Both the position numbers and the translations under genes were made by a program. A stretch of 64,000 nt of DNA, taken from the NCBI RefSeq assembly GCF_006345805.1, contig NC_043002.1, positions 35,154,001-35,218,000 on the forward strand, written 5' to 3'. The notes below the pieces were generated by a model that saw only the letters and a program-made list of their open reading frames with translations, was not told where the DNA came from and searched no databases. Origin of the DNA: Octopus sinensis (taxonomy: Eukaryota). Positions 13,090 to 23,999 of this stretch are shown here, one piece after another (the first letter of the stretch is position 1; the number at the start of each line of letters is the position of its first letter).

Positions 13090-13420
13090 ATAGTGAATGA
13101 TAAATTCCATTATCTATGAAGCACAGGTTTCAGTGGATTATAGCAACAGTTGGACAGAAATTGCAGTAGTGGAAGGAAAATTTAAATCCAACTATAACAA
13201 TCATCTTTTGAATTTTAGGCACCATGATAAAAGATGTTCAATGACTCTTTTGGCTTTAATCTGGAGGTTTAAAGACGAAGGAACTAACTACAACGTCAAC
13301 TGGAAGACTATCTCCAAAGCCAGACCCTATATTAACAGGTCAAAAAGATATTCAGTATTATATCTTGAGAACCTCCAAAGATTACATAAATTCCAGGAAT
13401 GAGATTTTTTCTGTATGTCC
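13090..13420 (+). mobile_element. Penelope-like element GIY-YIG endonuclease remnant
   Basis: IIYEAQV...FKSNYNNHLLNFRH...LIWRFKDEGTNYNVNWKTISKARPY parallels the 51171-51467 ORF and PLE GIY-YIG domains. Confidence 0.7.
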
Positions 13421-14227
13421 ACATTTTAAGGAATACATTTTGACAGAATTTAAAAATAGGCCACTAGACACATAGTTAACCATTAACATCTTGTTTATGT
13501 CTTTTGACATTGTTTATTGTAACACTGATTATTTCCCTCATGATTTTTTTTTAGTCTTCTTCCTTACCAGCATTCCTTGTTTGAATATTATCTGCTTAGA
13601 AAAGCAAGTGACAAATGGTTTTGTTTTTAGCTTGACAAATGGCAAAATAAATTAATGTTTCAACCAGGAAATCCTGTGTGGCTTATTTAACAAAAATTGT
13701 GGCTTTTATTATAACATTACATATATACACAGATATATAATCCAAATAAGAAGACAAAGAAAGAGTTTATCACATCTTTAATGATCAGTTATAATTGTTT
13801 TGGCACCACTCTGCTTTTAACACCATTGCATGCAAAAGTTCCAAGTGAAAAGTTATGAAATATTTGAGGCTTTAAATACTAGAGTGGCATTTCATAAGAC
13901 TTGCATCAAAAGGTGTGCTCTTACATTGTGCGTCTGTCAAGCACTGTATTTTAATTATATCTGGAGGAAACAAGATGTTTAAAATAAAGACAAAAATAAA
14001 AATGGTGAAATGGCAGACAGGCCTTATACAATAGTAATACCAAAACAGATAAAGATAAGTTAGAAGAAAAAGAATATATAAATGGTGAGGTAGGCTAATA
14101 ATAAAAAAAAAATTGTCAGCAACCAAAATAATGATCAAGTGAGTATAACAATAAAGAAAGCATATCCCCAAAAAGAGAATAAGGAAGTGATAATGCTCTA
14201 GAAATATAAACATCTAATATTAATAAT

Positions 14228-14613
14228 CCTTTCTAATGTAGGCACAAGGCCTGAAATTTTTGGGAAGGGATTAAGTCGATTACATTGACCCCAGTGCATA
14301 ACTGGTACTTATTATTTTATTGACCCCGAAAGGATGAAAGGCAAAGTTGACCTCGGCAGAATTTGAACTCAGAACATAGTGATAGACAAAATACCTATTT
14401 CTTTACTACCCACAAGGGGCTAAACACAGAGATGGACAAACGGATTAAGTCGATTATATCAACCCCAGTGCATAACTGGTACTTATTTAATCGACCCTGA
14501 AAGGATGAAAGGCAAAGTCAACCTTGGTGGAATTTGAACTCAGAACGTAGCGGCAGACGAAATACCGCTAAGCATTTCACCCGGCGTGCTAACGATTCTG
14601 CCAACTCACCGCC
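14228..14613 (-). mobile_element. Two stacked tRNA-derived SINE copies
   Basis: Two copies of gaccccgaaaggatgaaaggcaaagtcgacctcggcggaatttgaactcagaac. On the minus strand the head has an A-box-like tggcagaatcg and B-box-like gagttcaaat. Confidence 0.85.
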
Positions 14614-16227
14614 TTAATAATAATAATAATAATGATAATAATACCAACAACAGTAATAATAGGTAGGACATGAACAACATTAATGATAATGAAGACAAAA
14701 TTTGTATTAATAATAGTGGTAATGATGATAGTGATAGGTCAAGAATGATGCAGATAAAGAATTTAGCCACTGACTATGGTGGTGTTGGTGGATGAAATAG
14801 GTAAAGAAAGCAAACACAAGCAATAAAACACAAAACTGGGTGAAGTGGGAGAGGTAGTACTGAGGGAAACAAGAGAAATTGCTGGTGACTTTTGATTCTG
14901 AGATACTAAGATATAAAATAGAAAAGTAAATAACTAAATAAATGGGAGAAAATGAAGTAGGTATTAAAATATATATATATTTATTTTAAATGCTAATGTT
15001 AAAAGCTGAAAGAACACAGAATTGAGAATGAAAATAAAATTAAATTAGAATAGATTTAAGACAAAGTAGTATAGAACCAAAGAGAGAAAAAAATAAAACT
15101 AAATAATGAATATTAGTGTGATAGGAATAAATGCTTAATACCAAGCTAGTTATTTACAGGGTTAGATATTAAAAGTCCTTATATTGAAATGGTGGAGTTG
15201 AGTGTTGCATTGGAAATAACGCGTCAATCTAGCCTTCCAGTACTTTAATGAATGAACGCATATGCGCATTCATGTACACACACAAATACACATATATGTA
15301 TACATACACACACATACATATATATTATATACATATATCACAAGTAGGTGCGCAAAACAACAATGGGAATAAACAAATTGAAGATCAGTTGAAATATGTT
15401 TGAGAAATATTTGAACTTATAAAGGGTTTACACTGAAGTTTGTTGTAGAGAAAAAACTCTCACTTGAGTCAAAAAGGTGTTAAAGCACGGTGGTCAACTT
15501 AGAGTACCTTCTACTGGACTGATAGGTGCATTTTGAAATTGTTAGTTCACTTTCAAAAATTCATTTATGCACAACAGAAGCAGTATTAGTTTAAAATATC
15601 AATATGTATACTGTTAAATGCAGATACATCACAGAAAGCCAAATTAACTGCAGTATTCATCTTGAGATAAAATTTCTTCTAGACATACAGTGTTAAATAA
15701 CACAAAAATATTTTAGTAGCAAAGTGGCAGAAAGGCATATTTAGCAATACCACCACCATTGTTGGACATTTTTCATCCACTACTAATATACTTTTGTGTT
15801 ATATAATACTGTACATCTATAGGAGGTATTATCTCAGGATGAATACTGCAGTTAATTTGGTTTCCCATGATGTATCTGCATTTAGTATGATTAACGGATT
15901 GCTACTTTAAACATATTCTGCTTCTGTTGCACATGGCAAACTTTTATTCAGCTCTCGAGCTACTTGCAACATCAGTGATTTTTTAATCAGTTTTTCTGTC
16001 AGTGACAATAGATTTTGTTTAAGCATGTGGCTGCTAGTGGGTATTTGCTACTAATAAAGCCCCAAAAGGCAGAAATGTGCATCTAGCCTCATGCCTTAAA
16101 AGAGTTGTATCTCTATTAAATACTTAATTTAGCAATACCACCACCATTGTTGGACAATTTTCATCCACTACTAATATTCACCGATGCTGAATGATTTTCG
16201 TCTGCTACTGATATACTTGTGTTTTTT

Positions 16228-16752
16228 AACACTATGTCTATAAGAAATATTATCTCAGGATGAATTCAGCAGTTAATTTGGCTTTCTATGAGGTAACTGC
16301 ATTTAGTATGATACACAGATTAATGTATGTAAATATATATATATATACACACATACATACACACAAAAGTAGATACATACATATGCAAAAGTATATGCAT
16401 ACATGCACAAAAGTATATACATACACACAGAGTCCTCACTTAAGGTCATTGTGTATAACATTGATGGGAAATCTATAAAACCAAAGTAAAAACACTATGT
16501 CTATAAGAAATATTATCTCAGGATGAATTCAGCAGTTAATTTGGCTTTCTATGAGGTAACTGCATTTAGTATGATACACAGATTAATGTATGTAAATATA
16601 TATATACACACACACACATACACACAAAAGTAGATACATACATATGCAAAAGTATATGCATACATGCACAAAAGTATATACATACACACAGAGTCCTCAC
16701 TTAAGGTCATTGTGTATAACATTGATGGGAAATCTATAAAACCAAAGTAAAA
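16228..16752. repeat. Recent 263-bp direct tandem duplication
   Basis: 16228-16490 and 16491-16752 differ, by eye, only in the internal (TA/CA)n tract. Confidence 0.9.
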
Positions 16753-17561
16753 ATTCACAACACATATGCCTATCAAACTGAATTTGTTTGCTTTACTTCT
16801 TTCCATTTTTTCTTCCTTTGCAACCAGTTGTTTTCAATTCAGTAATATATATAAATAAGTCAATAAACAGATAATGATGGATAACAATGCATGATATTAA
16901 TTTTTTTTATTTCACGGCTTTCTTTTAAGACACAATCTTTCTACATTTATTATGTATTTGACAGAGATACAACTCTTTTAAGGCATGACAATACTTAAAA
17001 TATAAAAGAGTGAAGTTCCTTGAATCTCATGGCCAAAAAATATCTAATGAGGACCTCATGGAAAGTAGAACAGTACTGCGAGTGAAAATGCAAGACCACC
17101 AGGTATTTTGACAACTAAAATATTTGTCAGAGTGTCCTTATTTTAGATAGAGCTATGCCAATTTTCACCCAAAAAGATCTTCAAAGAGAAGAAAGTTAAG
17201 AAAGAAACAGGTTAATAATGAGTGACTTCAACTTCTAAAAGAAATTATACAATCATAAGAAAAACAATGCAAGATAACAGACTTTGTTCAAGTTCTTTAA
17301 AGAAACAACCATCTTATTGATTTGTATTAATATTTCTTAAGTGTTTATTTACAATTTTGTTGATCTTTTTGTGACTAGGAATCTAACTCTTTTTATATCA
17401 ATGAGCATTGGTTAAATTGGTTTTGCTTTCTGTCATTTCACTTAAATTTGCTCTTCTCAAGCACCTATCAATGACATTAAATGAGGACTGTTTGTCTGTA
17501 TATAATTCCTTCTACTATAGTAGGCATAAGGCTTGCTGCTTTTATAACAATAATAATCATT

Positions 17562-17770
17562 TCTACTATAAGGACAAGGCCTGAAATTTGGTGGGAGGGG
17601 CTAGTTGATAACATTGACTCCAGTGCTTGACTGGTACTTATTTTATCAACCCCGAAAGGATGAAAGGCAAAGTTGACCTCAGCGGAATTTGAACTTAGAA
17701 TGTAAAGACGGATGAAATACTGTTCAGCAGTTTGCCTGGCATGCTAACATATCTGCCACCTTGCTGCCTT
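17562..17770 (-). mobile_element. tRNA-derived SINE (same family as 14228-14613)
   Basis: acaaggcctgaaatttgg...ccccgaaaggatgaaaggcaaagttgacctcagcggaatttgaact. Confidence 0.8.
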
Positions 17771-18319
17771 AATAATAATAATTCTGGGCCTTGTGCCTAG
17801 AGTAGAAAAGAATAATAATTCTGTTTTGCCATAGCAGGATCAACAAGTTGTTTAAACTCAATATGCATGGAGGTGTCTCAATGCCACCAATACCCTTGTT
17901 AACAATGCCATGCTCAGCCATGTCTGAATTACTTATTTTCTTAGTTTCTGGTGCCTAACAACCAACTTATCACAGGAAAGGTATCCAGCCTTAGAAAATC
18001 TGCCTCATCCAAGTCATGCAAGCATGGAAAAATAGACATTCAAATAATAATGATGATATACACACACACACACAATTTTTACATACAATGGGTTTCTGTA
18101 TAGTTTTGTCTACTACATTCAGTTCATATATTTATAAGGCATTGGTCAACCTGAGGAAGCTATAGCAGAAGAGAATTGCCCAAGAAGTTCTGCATGCAGT
18201 GGAAATGTACCCAAACCCAGAAAGTTTTGCAAAGCAAACTTATGAACCACATAGTCATGCTTGAACCTATATATATTAAATACTTATTATTAAACCCCTG
18301 AAAATGTGTTGTATAGGCA

Positions 18320-18490
18320 CAGGTGTGTCCGTGTGATGAAGAGGTTTGTTTCCCAACCACATGGTTTTGGGTTCACTCCCACTGTGTTACACTTAGGGTG
18401 TGTGCCTTCTACTAAAGCCCAGGACCAATCAAAGCATTGTAACTGGATTTAGGAGATGAAAACAACTGAAAAGAAGCCTAGTATACACAC
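18320..18490 (+). mobile_element. tRNA-derived CORE-like SINE
   Basis: aggtgtgtccgtgtgatgaagaggtttgtttcccaaccacatggttttgggttcactcccactg...aaaagaagcc followed by (CA)n. Confidence 0.7.
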
Positions 18491-19174
18491 ACACACACAC
18501 ACACACACATAAAATCAATGAATATGAATAGAAATATTCTTCAAATTATGTTATGAACGTTTCCATAGAATGGTTATTTATTTGCATATTAATGTATTAC
18601 TTTGTGAAACCACATAACCAGACATTTTCACCACATATCTTTGTATAAATGACAGGTGTGTGTGTGTGTGTGTAATATTTATTCACTTATTATATTTTAC
18701 CTTGCAGTAAATGTGCAGCATATTGTTATTAAATACAATGGATTTACAGTGTGCTTAAGAATCATAAATTAACTAGTTAATTTTGCATTGTTTGTTTTAT
18801 TAACTGGCTGATAGACAGTAAGTATCATTGGTATTCTTCCAAAGTAACCTGTGAGCAGGAGTGCTACTGAGTTAATTGCCTGGATCTTATAGATCTCGAC
18901 TACCTGATATATATATATATAATGTGTGTGTGTGTGTATTTTTGTCTTCTTGACAGTGCACAATTGTTGTAAATGAATGTCATTTGTTTCCAATGTTCTG
19001 CAAAATCAGGTATGGCCATGGGAAAATATTACCTTGCTAAGAAACAAGGGTTGGTAATAGGAAGGGCATCTGGCCATAGAAAATCCACCTTAATAACCTC
19101 AGTCCAAGCCATGCAATAAAGGAAATGTGGACATTAAAATGATGATGAAGAGATGATAATGATTATTTAGTAAT

Positions 19175-21790
19175 TTAGTATATAAACTTAGACCCAAAGA
19201 TGTCTAAGTGGCCAAAAGCATTTGTCCCTCCACTGTTCCCACTGCCATCATAGTCAAAGTCATCTTTTTTCTTTTTTGTGCTGTCTTCATCTTTGACCTG
19301 TGATAATTTTTCCTTGAAATACCTTTCATTGTCTTTTGAAATTTCCTTTTGAAATCTTTCTGGAATTACAGATTTTTCAAGCAGTTCTTCTAGATTACAG
19401 CATAACTCACCTGAATCTAATAGTTCTTTTGTTACACGTCTATATATAAAAAAGTAAGGAGTGTCACTTTTTGATGATTTAAGTGTATCTGAAAAATTAT
19501 ACTTTGTTTCTGTCACAGATTCATCATTAAAAATATACCAGTTGTCTTTTAGTAAATTATTCAAGTTTGTATAATGTTCATTAATTAAACACGAATGTCG
19601 GGATAGCAATATACAATGTCCGGAATCACTGTTATAACCAGAATGAATAACAACAGAACACAGTACATAATTAATATCTTCCTCGACAACCAAACTCTCA
19701 TCATTTGTAGTGAAACATTTTAAACATAATTCTTTTGGATAATTGACATAAGCCATAATTTTAGACCGCTTTTTATTCTTTTTATTATAAGAAAATCTTG
19801 ATAAAGTTAGATTTAAATATTCTGGAGCGTCTATGAGGAAAACTTGTCGAATTCCATCACGATAATCATCACAGTTTGGACACTTAAATTGATTACTAAC
19901 CTTCAATTCTTCCACTGTGAAGTAATTCTGTATTAAGTCTCGAATATCGAGTTTATCATTTATATTTTTCTCTTCTTTCACCTCCTCCTCCTCATCATCA
20001 TCATGTGGTAATGCTAGGAGCAAAAACGAAAATCTTTCTTCGTATTTTGTTTCTGTTTGACATTTTAGACATCTTGTAGAGTTTCTGAGCTTACCAAAAA
20101 AATTTCTATCAATCAGCGTTCTTGATTTACTATCTACTATTTCGCATTTAGTTATCTCTCCCTTGTTTTTATCACTCAATGACTCTGTTTTCGTGCTGTT
20201 TTTCTTTTCTTCCTCATCAAAAGCATTCAGAAGATGTGACAAAAACTCTGCACAGTCTTGCTGCTCATATTTTGCAAACCACGAAGGATTAGCATTGCAA
20301 TAGAATTCTGATGGGTAAAAAGAAGGCCGTTGGCTTGATAGTAGATAGGAGAAAACTTCTTGTAGTTTGCTGATGATTCCACCAGGGGGCACTGGCATGC
20401 CTAATACCTCTTGTCTAAAATTATCCAACATAAAGAGCACCTGAATAGCTGAATTCATATAACACGAGTTTTTCACATTGCACAATCCAGTTTTGCGTGT
20501 TAGAGCCTTCTTAATTTCAAGAGGAGGAACAGTAAAATTTCTGCAATTACTAGTATTACATAACGCTGCAAGAGGTTTTACTTTATTTAATTGCAGTTCT
20601 TTGATTGAGAAACAAGTCTGTCTATATTTTATAAATGGTTCTTTAGAATGCCAATATATTTCCAACTCCATATTGGCCAATAAAATTTCAATGCATGCTA
20701 AACCTGTGCTGCTTTTTTCCTCTGCTAATATTGGAATGATGTCGACCAAAGACATTATCATGTGAGAGGTACTATCAGGACTCAGCTGTATCTTTGTATA
20801 TATATGTACCAAGATCTTAGCTGCAGATTCTCTAGAAGCAATGGGTTTCAGCATGTTGACTATGAAAACAATAGCCTCCTGAGCAATTTCTTTTAAAACT
20901 TCATCAAATCCTGCTGCTGCTAATTTTTCAAATATCCCAATTATCCATATATGTACTCGTTGAGAAAATGGCCAATCCAGCCAATGTAAAATTTGATAAA
21001 TTGTGTTGGAGATTCTAGGTTTATTAATTACATCAATATTAATTAAATCAATAATTTCTTCTACTGATTTAACTGGTATTTGGCTCAACGTTCCAAGACA
21101 GACAGCAGGACTGTCAAATGGCTGCGAAATTAAGGAAAACAGATAATGAACTGAATTTTTCTTTGTGTCATCATTAGAATTATTAGGAGTACAATTTTCC
21201 CATAATTGAAATAAAATTTGTCCAGCTGTATTTATAGTTTTAACTTCTTGTAAAAAATTAACTCCTTGTTTTGGTGTTCTAGTAACATATAAAATATCAA
21301 TGATCACACAACAGAAGTCATATCGTTGATAAACAGGAACACATTTAGGCTGTTTCATCAATAAAGAAAAGATTATAGCTAAACATTGTAAATTACTGTT
21401 CTGTTTTAAAAATATTGTGATTAATTGCTGGAAATATTTCACTAATGATGCATAGCATTCAGTACCTTTTAAAATTTGTAACGATTTTTCGATGATAACA
21501 ATGGCTGCTGTTGGATTTTGGTGTGAATTAATTAAGATATCATTCATTAAAACTTTGTTGAAATATTTTTGAAATATCTCTTCATTGTCTCTTGCCCAAT
21601 TTTCGTAAAGTCGAACACCGGATGTACATTGGAATGCAGTTTCTCCATCTAATGACCATTTTACAGCAAGGTTTAAAACTGGGACTGTGTCTTGTGCTGT
21701 TTTCGGTGATTTTAATATTTTTTGTAGAATTTTTTCTTTAAGTATATCTGGGTGATTAGAAACAAAAAGTCCTTGAAGAATTTGATCCAT
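19175..21790 (-). CDS. USP38: Ubiquitin C-terminal hydrolase, USP35/USP38 family, intronless CDS, 871 aa
   Basis: The N-terminus MDQILQGLFVSNHP resembles USP38 MDKILEGLVSSSHP. Also present: Cys box GLCNVKNSCYMNS, QQDCAEFL box, two CxxC zinc ligands (CLKC, CPNC), His box SVVIHSG...SGH, WYIFND, DTPYFFIY and a Gly-rich ...FGSKFIY end. USP35 cannot be told from USP38 by eye. Confidence 0.9.
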   Translation of the reverse strand: MDQILQGLFVSNHPDILKEKILQKILKSPKTAQDTVPVLNLAVKWSLDGETAFQCTSGVRLYENWARDNEEIFQKYFNKVLMNDILINSHQNPTAAIVIIEKSLQILKGTECYASLVKYFQQLITIFLKQNSNLQCLAIIFSLLMKQPKCVPVYQRYDFCCVIIDILYVTRTPKQGVNFLQEVKTINTAGQILFQLWENCTPNNSNDDTKKNSVHYLFSLISQPFDSPAVCLGTLSQIPVKSVEEIIDLINIDVINKPRISNTIYQILHWLDWPFSQRVHIWIIGIFEKLAAAGFDEVLKEIAQEAIVFIVNMLKPIASRESAAKILVHIYTKIQLSPDSTSHMIMSLVDIIPILAEEKSSTGLACIEILLANMELEIYWHSKEPFIKYRQTCFSIKELQLNKVKPLAALCNTSNCRNFTVPPLEIKKALTRKTGLCNVKNSCYMNSAIQVLFMLDNFRQEVLGMPVPPGGIISKLQEVFSYLLSSQRPSFYPSEFYCNANPSWFAKYEQQDCAEFLSHLLNAFDEEEKKNSTKTESLSDKNKGEITKCEIVDSKSRTLIDRNFFGKLRNSTRCLKCQTETKYEERFSFLLLALPHDDDEEEEVKEEKNINDKLDIRDLIQNYFTVEELKVSNQFKCPNCDDYRDGIRQVFLIDAPEYLNLTLSRFSYNKKNKKRSKIMAYVNYPKELCLKCFTTNDESLVVEEDINYVLCSVVIHSGYNSDSGHCILLSRHSCLINEHYTNLNNLLKDNWYIFNDESVTETKYNFSDTLKSSKSDTPYFFIYRRVTKELLDSGELCCNLEELLEKSVIPERFQKEISKDNERYFKEKLSQVKDEDSTKKKKDDFDYDGSGNSGGTNAFGHLDIFGSKFIY

Positions 21791-21926
21791 GTTTTCGGTC
21801 AGAAAAATTTTGTTCAGTAAACTTGGTAAATATCATCCATGGGATATTTTTATGTAACTGGGAAGCTGTTTCTCCATCTAATAATCATTTTACTCCAAGA
21901 TATTGTTTTCAATATTATCTAATATT
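21791..21926 (-). promoter_or_regulatory. Splice acceptor and 136-nt 5' leader of the USP coding exon, with two uORFs
   Basis: ttgtttactttttctctatttcag|aatatt (AG at 21928-21927). uORFs: MIIRWRNSFPVT* (21888-21850) and MDDIYQVY* (21840-21814). Confidence 0.6.
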
Positions 21927-22084
21927 CTGAAATAGAGAAAAAGTAAACAATGTAGAGGATACTTAAAAATGGAAATTCAACAGTGGAAATTTTACTACAT
22001 ATCTATATTAGTAAGTTTTAGATACAGAAATTTATCTAAGTGACTGAAATATATTTTGTAATTTGTTATCAATATTATAACATA

Positions 22085-22480
22085 ACAATGGTGGCAAACT
22101 GGGCAAATCATAAGCATGCCAGTTAAAATACATAGTAGCATTTCATCTGTCTTTGTGTTCTGAGTTCAAATTTTGCTGAGCTTGCCTTTCATCCTGAGTA
22201 CCAGTTGGATACAGAGATCGACGTAATTAACTAACCCCAACCCCAAATTTCAGGCCTTGTGCCTATAGTAGAAAGGAATATTATAACATAGGCAGCAAGC
22301 TGGCAGAATTGTTACTGCGCTAGGTAAAATGCTAAGTGGCATTTCATCCATTTTTACATTCTGAGTTCAAATTCTGCTGAGGTCAACTTTGCCTTTCGAA
22401 GTCAGTAAAATAAGTAGTAGTTGAGCACTAGGTTCAATATAATCAACTTACCCACTTCCTCAAAATTGCTGATCCTGTGC
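22085..22480 (+). mobile_element. Two tandem tRNA-derived SINE copies
   Basis: Each has tctgagttcaaatt...ctttgcctttc, and a caggccttgtgcc 3' part is present. Confidence 0.75.
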
Positions 22481-22769
22481 TAAAATCTTGATATCAATAT
22501 TATATCATAACACTGTGATGCCTACATATTTGCAGACTACAGCTACATCTCCAGAATGTGTAATATTACATATATCAATCTACAGAGCAGTGGGTACTGT
22601 AATTCTTCCTCCAGAAACATCATTACTTATCAGGAGGCTGAGGGCTCAGGGAAATGGTTCAATCCAACATACCTGGCACATTCTTGTCAAGGTCCTCTCT
22701 TTACTTACTCAGCACATACAACAGTCAACCTTGTCTCCATGAGAAAGAGCATATATTGCAACAATCCAC

Positions 22770-22942
22770 TATATTTTGCATTCATATGAATGATGGTGCA
22801 CTTGCAGTTAGTGATTCTGCAAAGAAAGAAGCTTGGAAGTGCCACTATGAAAGGCTGCAAAATATAGTGGATACAAGGGAGGAGAGCCTGCTTAATGTGG
22901 ATCAAATAGAGGGACTGGTTATCCACATCACCAGTAGCTTAG
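22770..22942 (+). mobile_element. RTE LINE ORF2 fragment (EN-RT linker)
   Basis: DGALAVSDSAKKEAWKCHYERLQNIVD...EESLLNVDQIEGLVIHITSSLV. Confidence 0.65.
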
Positions 22943-22944
22943 TA

Positions 22945-23192
22945 TGAGGTGGTACCAAAAGGTTCCCGGACAAGTTATATTTAATAAAAAATAACTTATT
23001 TACCTAAGTTCGTCATCTTCTAGGGATGTTCTGCTTTTCAAGCGCCTGTGCCACTCGAAACATTGTGTATGACCTATTGCCTCGTCGCTATATGCTTAAT
23101 GAAGTATGTTCAATGTCTCTGTAGCAGAGTTCCCAAGTTTAATGCAAAATTTCACATTGGCTCTTTGTCCCAACTTCCTGTCCATGATAAAA
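22945..23192 (-). mobile_element. Internally deleted mariner: transposase N-terminal HTH plus one TIR
   Basis: The minus strand reads MDRKLGQRANVKFCIKLGNSATETLNILH*AYSDEAIGHTQCFEWHRRLKSRTSLEDDE (mariner HTH). TA|TGAGGTGGTACCAAAAGGTTCCCGGAC is a TIR-like end at 22943. Confidence 0.8.
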
Positions 23193-23451
23193 GGATGGTT
23201 TATTCCACTTTTAAACTTGCATTTAATGTGACTATGTCTGACTCTGCAACTTGCAATATCAGCAAGGGCTGGGACAAAGCAAAAGTCCTGAGAAGGTACC
23301 AGCTCATTGTGTGGGATGAATGCACAATGGCCCATAAAGGATTCCTAGAGGCCCCAGATAGGACCCTACAAGATATCAGGGACTGTCACTGCCCAATAGG
23401 AGGTGTATCTCTCCTGCTATCTGGTGATTTTAAGCAAACTCTTTCTCTACC
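23193..23451 (+). mobile_element. Helitron PIF1-like helicase fragment
   Basis: STFKLAFNV...TCNISK...LIVWDECTMAHKGFLEAPDRTLQDIR...PIGGVSLLLSGDFKQTL covers helicase motifs II-III. Confidence 0.85.
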
Positions 23452-23870
23452 AAGCATTGAAGCCACCATTCTTCACCATTGCTTCTGATGGGCAGGTCAC
23501 GTCCAGCATATGGAGCCCTTTCATCTCCCAAAGATCATGCTCTACGGAGAACTTGCAATTGGAACAAGATGCAGAGGAGGCCCAAAATTCCTTTTTAAAG
23601 ACCAGCTCAAACAGACCTTGGCTCAAACTAACACCCATCCATCCTCATGGGAACAGATTGCCATGGATAGGACAACCTCAAAGACTACTATTCACAATAG
23701 AGCCAGCTCCTTCAAGCAGAACAGACAACAGAATGAGGTAAAACGCAGGAGAGGAAAGGAGCGTTTTCAACATCCTCGACCCGCACCGACCATCCTGTGC
23801 AAATTCTGCCCATGACTCTTTCACCACCAACTTGGACTCCAAAGTCACATTCAGCATAGACATGTCGAGG
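23452..23870 (+). mobile_element. RTE (BovB-like) LINE ORF2 C-terminus
   Basis: SIEATIL...WAGHVQHMEPFHLPKIMLYGELAIGTRCRGGPKFLFKDQLKQ...WEQIAMDR...CKFCP. Confidence 0.8.
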
Positions 23871-23999
23871 AGACTGGATAGAAACTGACAAACCCAATAC
23901 TTGGATACAAGCTGGAGCCAACGATATTTTTTTTTTATATATACCCCAGCCTACTTCCCATTTTTTTAGGGGAGGGTAGCCACAAGACACACACCAGGC

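Noticed and set aside
13872-14213. 113-aa hydrophobic ORF
   Set aside because: Low-complexity T-rich strand with no motifs.
14540-14613. tRNA-like A/B boxes, also at 36680, 51790 and 61510
   Set aside because: They are SINE heads continuing into repeat bodies; no complete cloverleaf is present.
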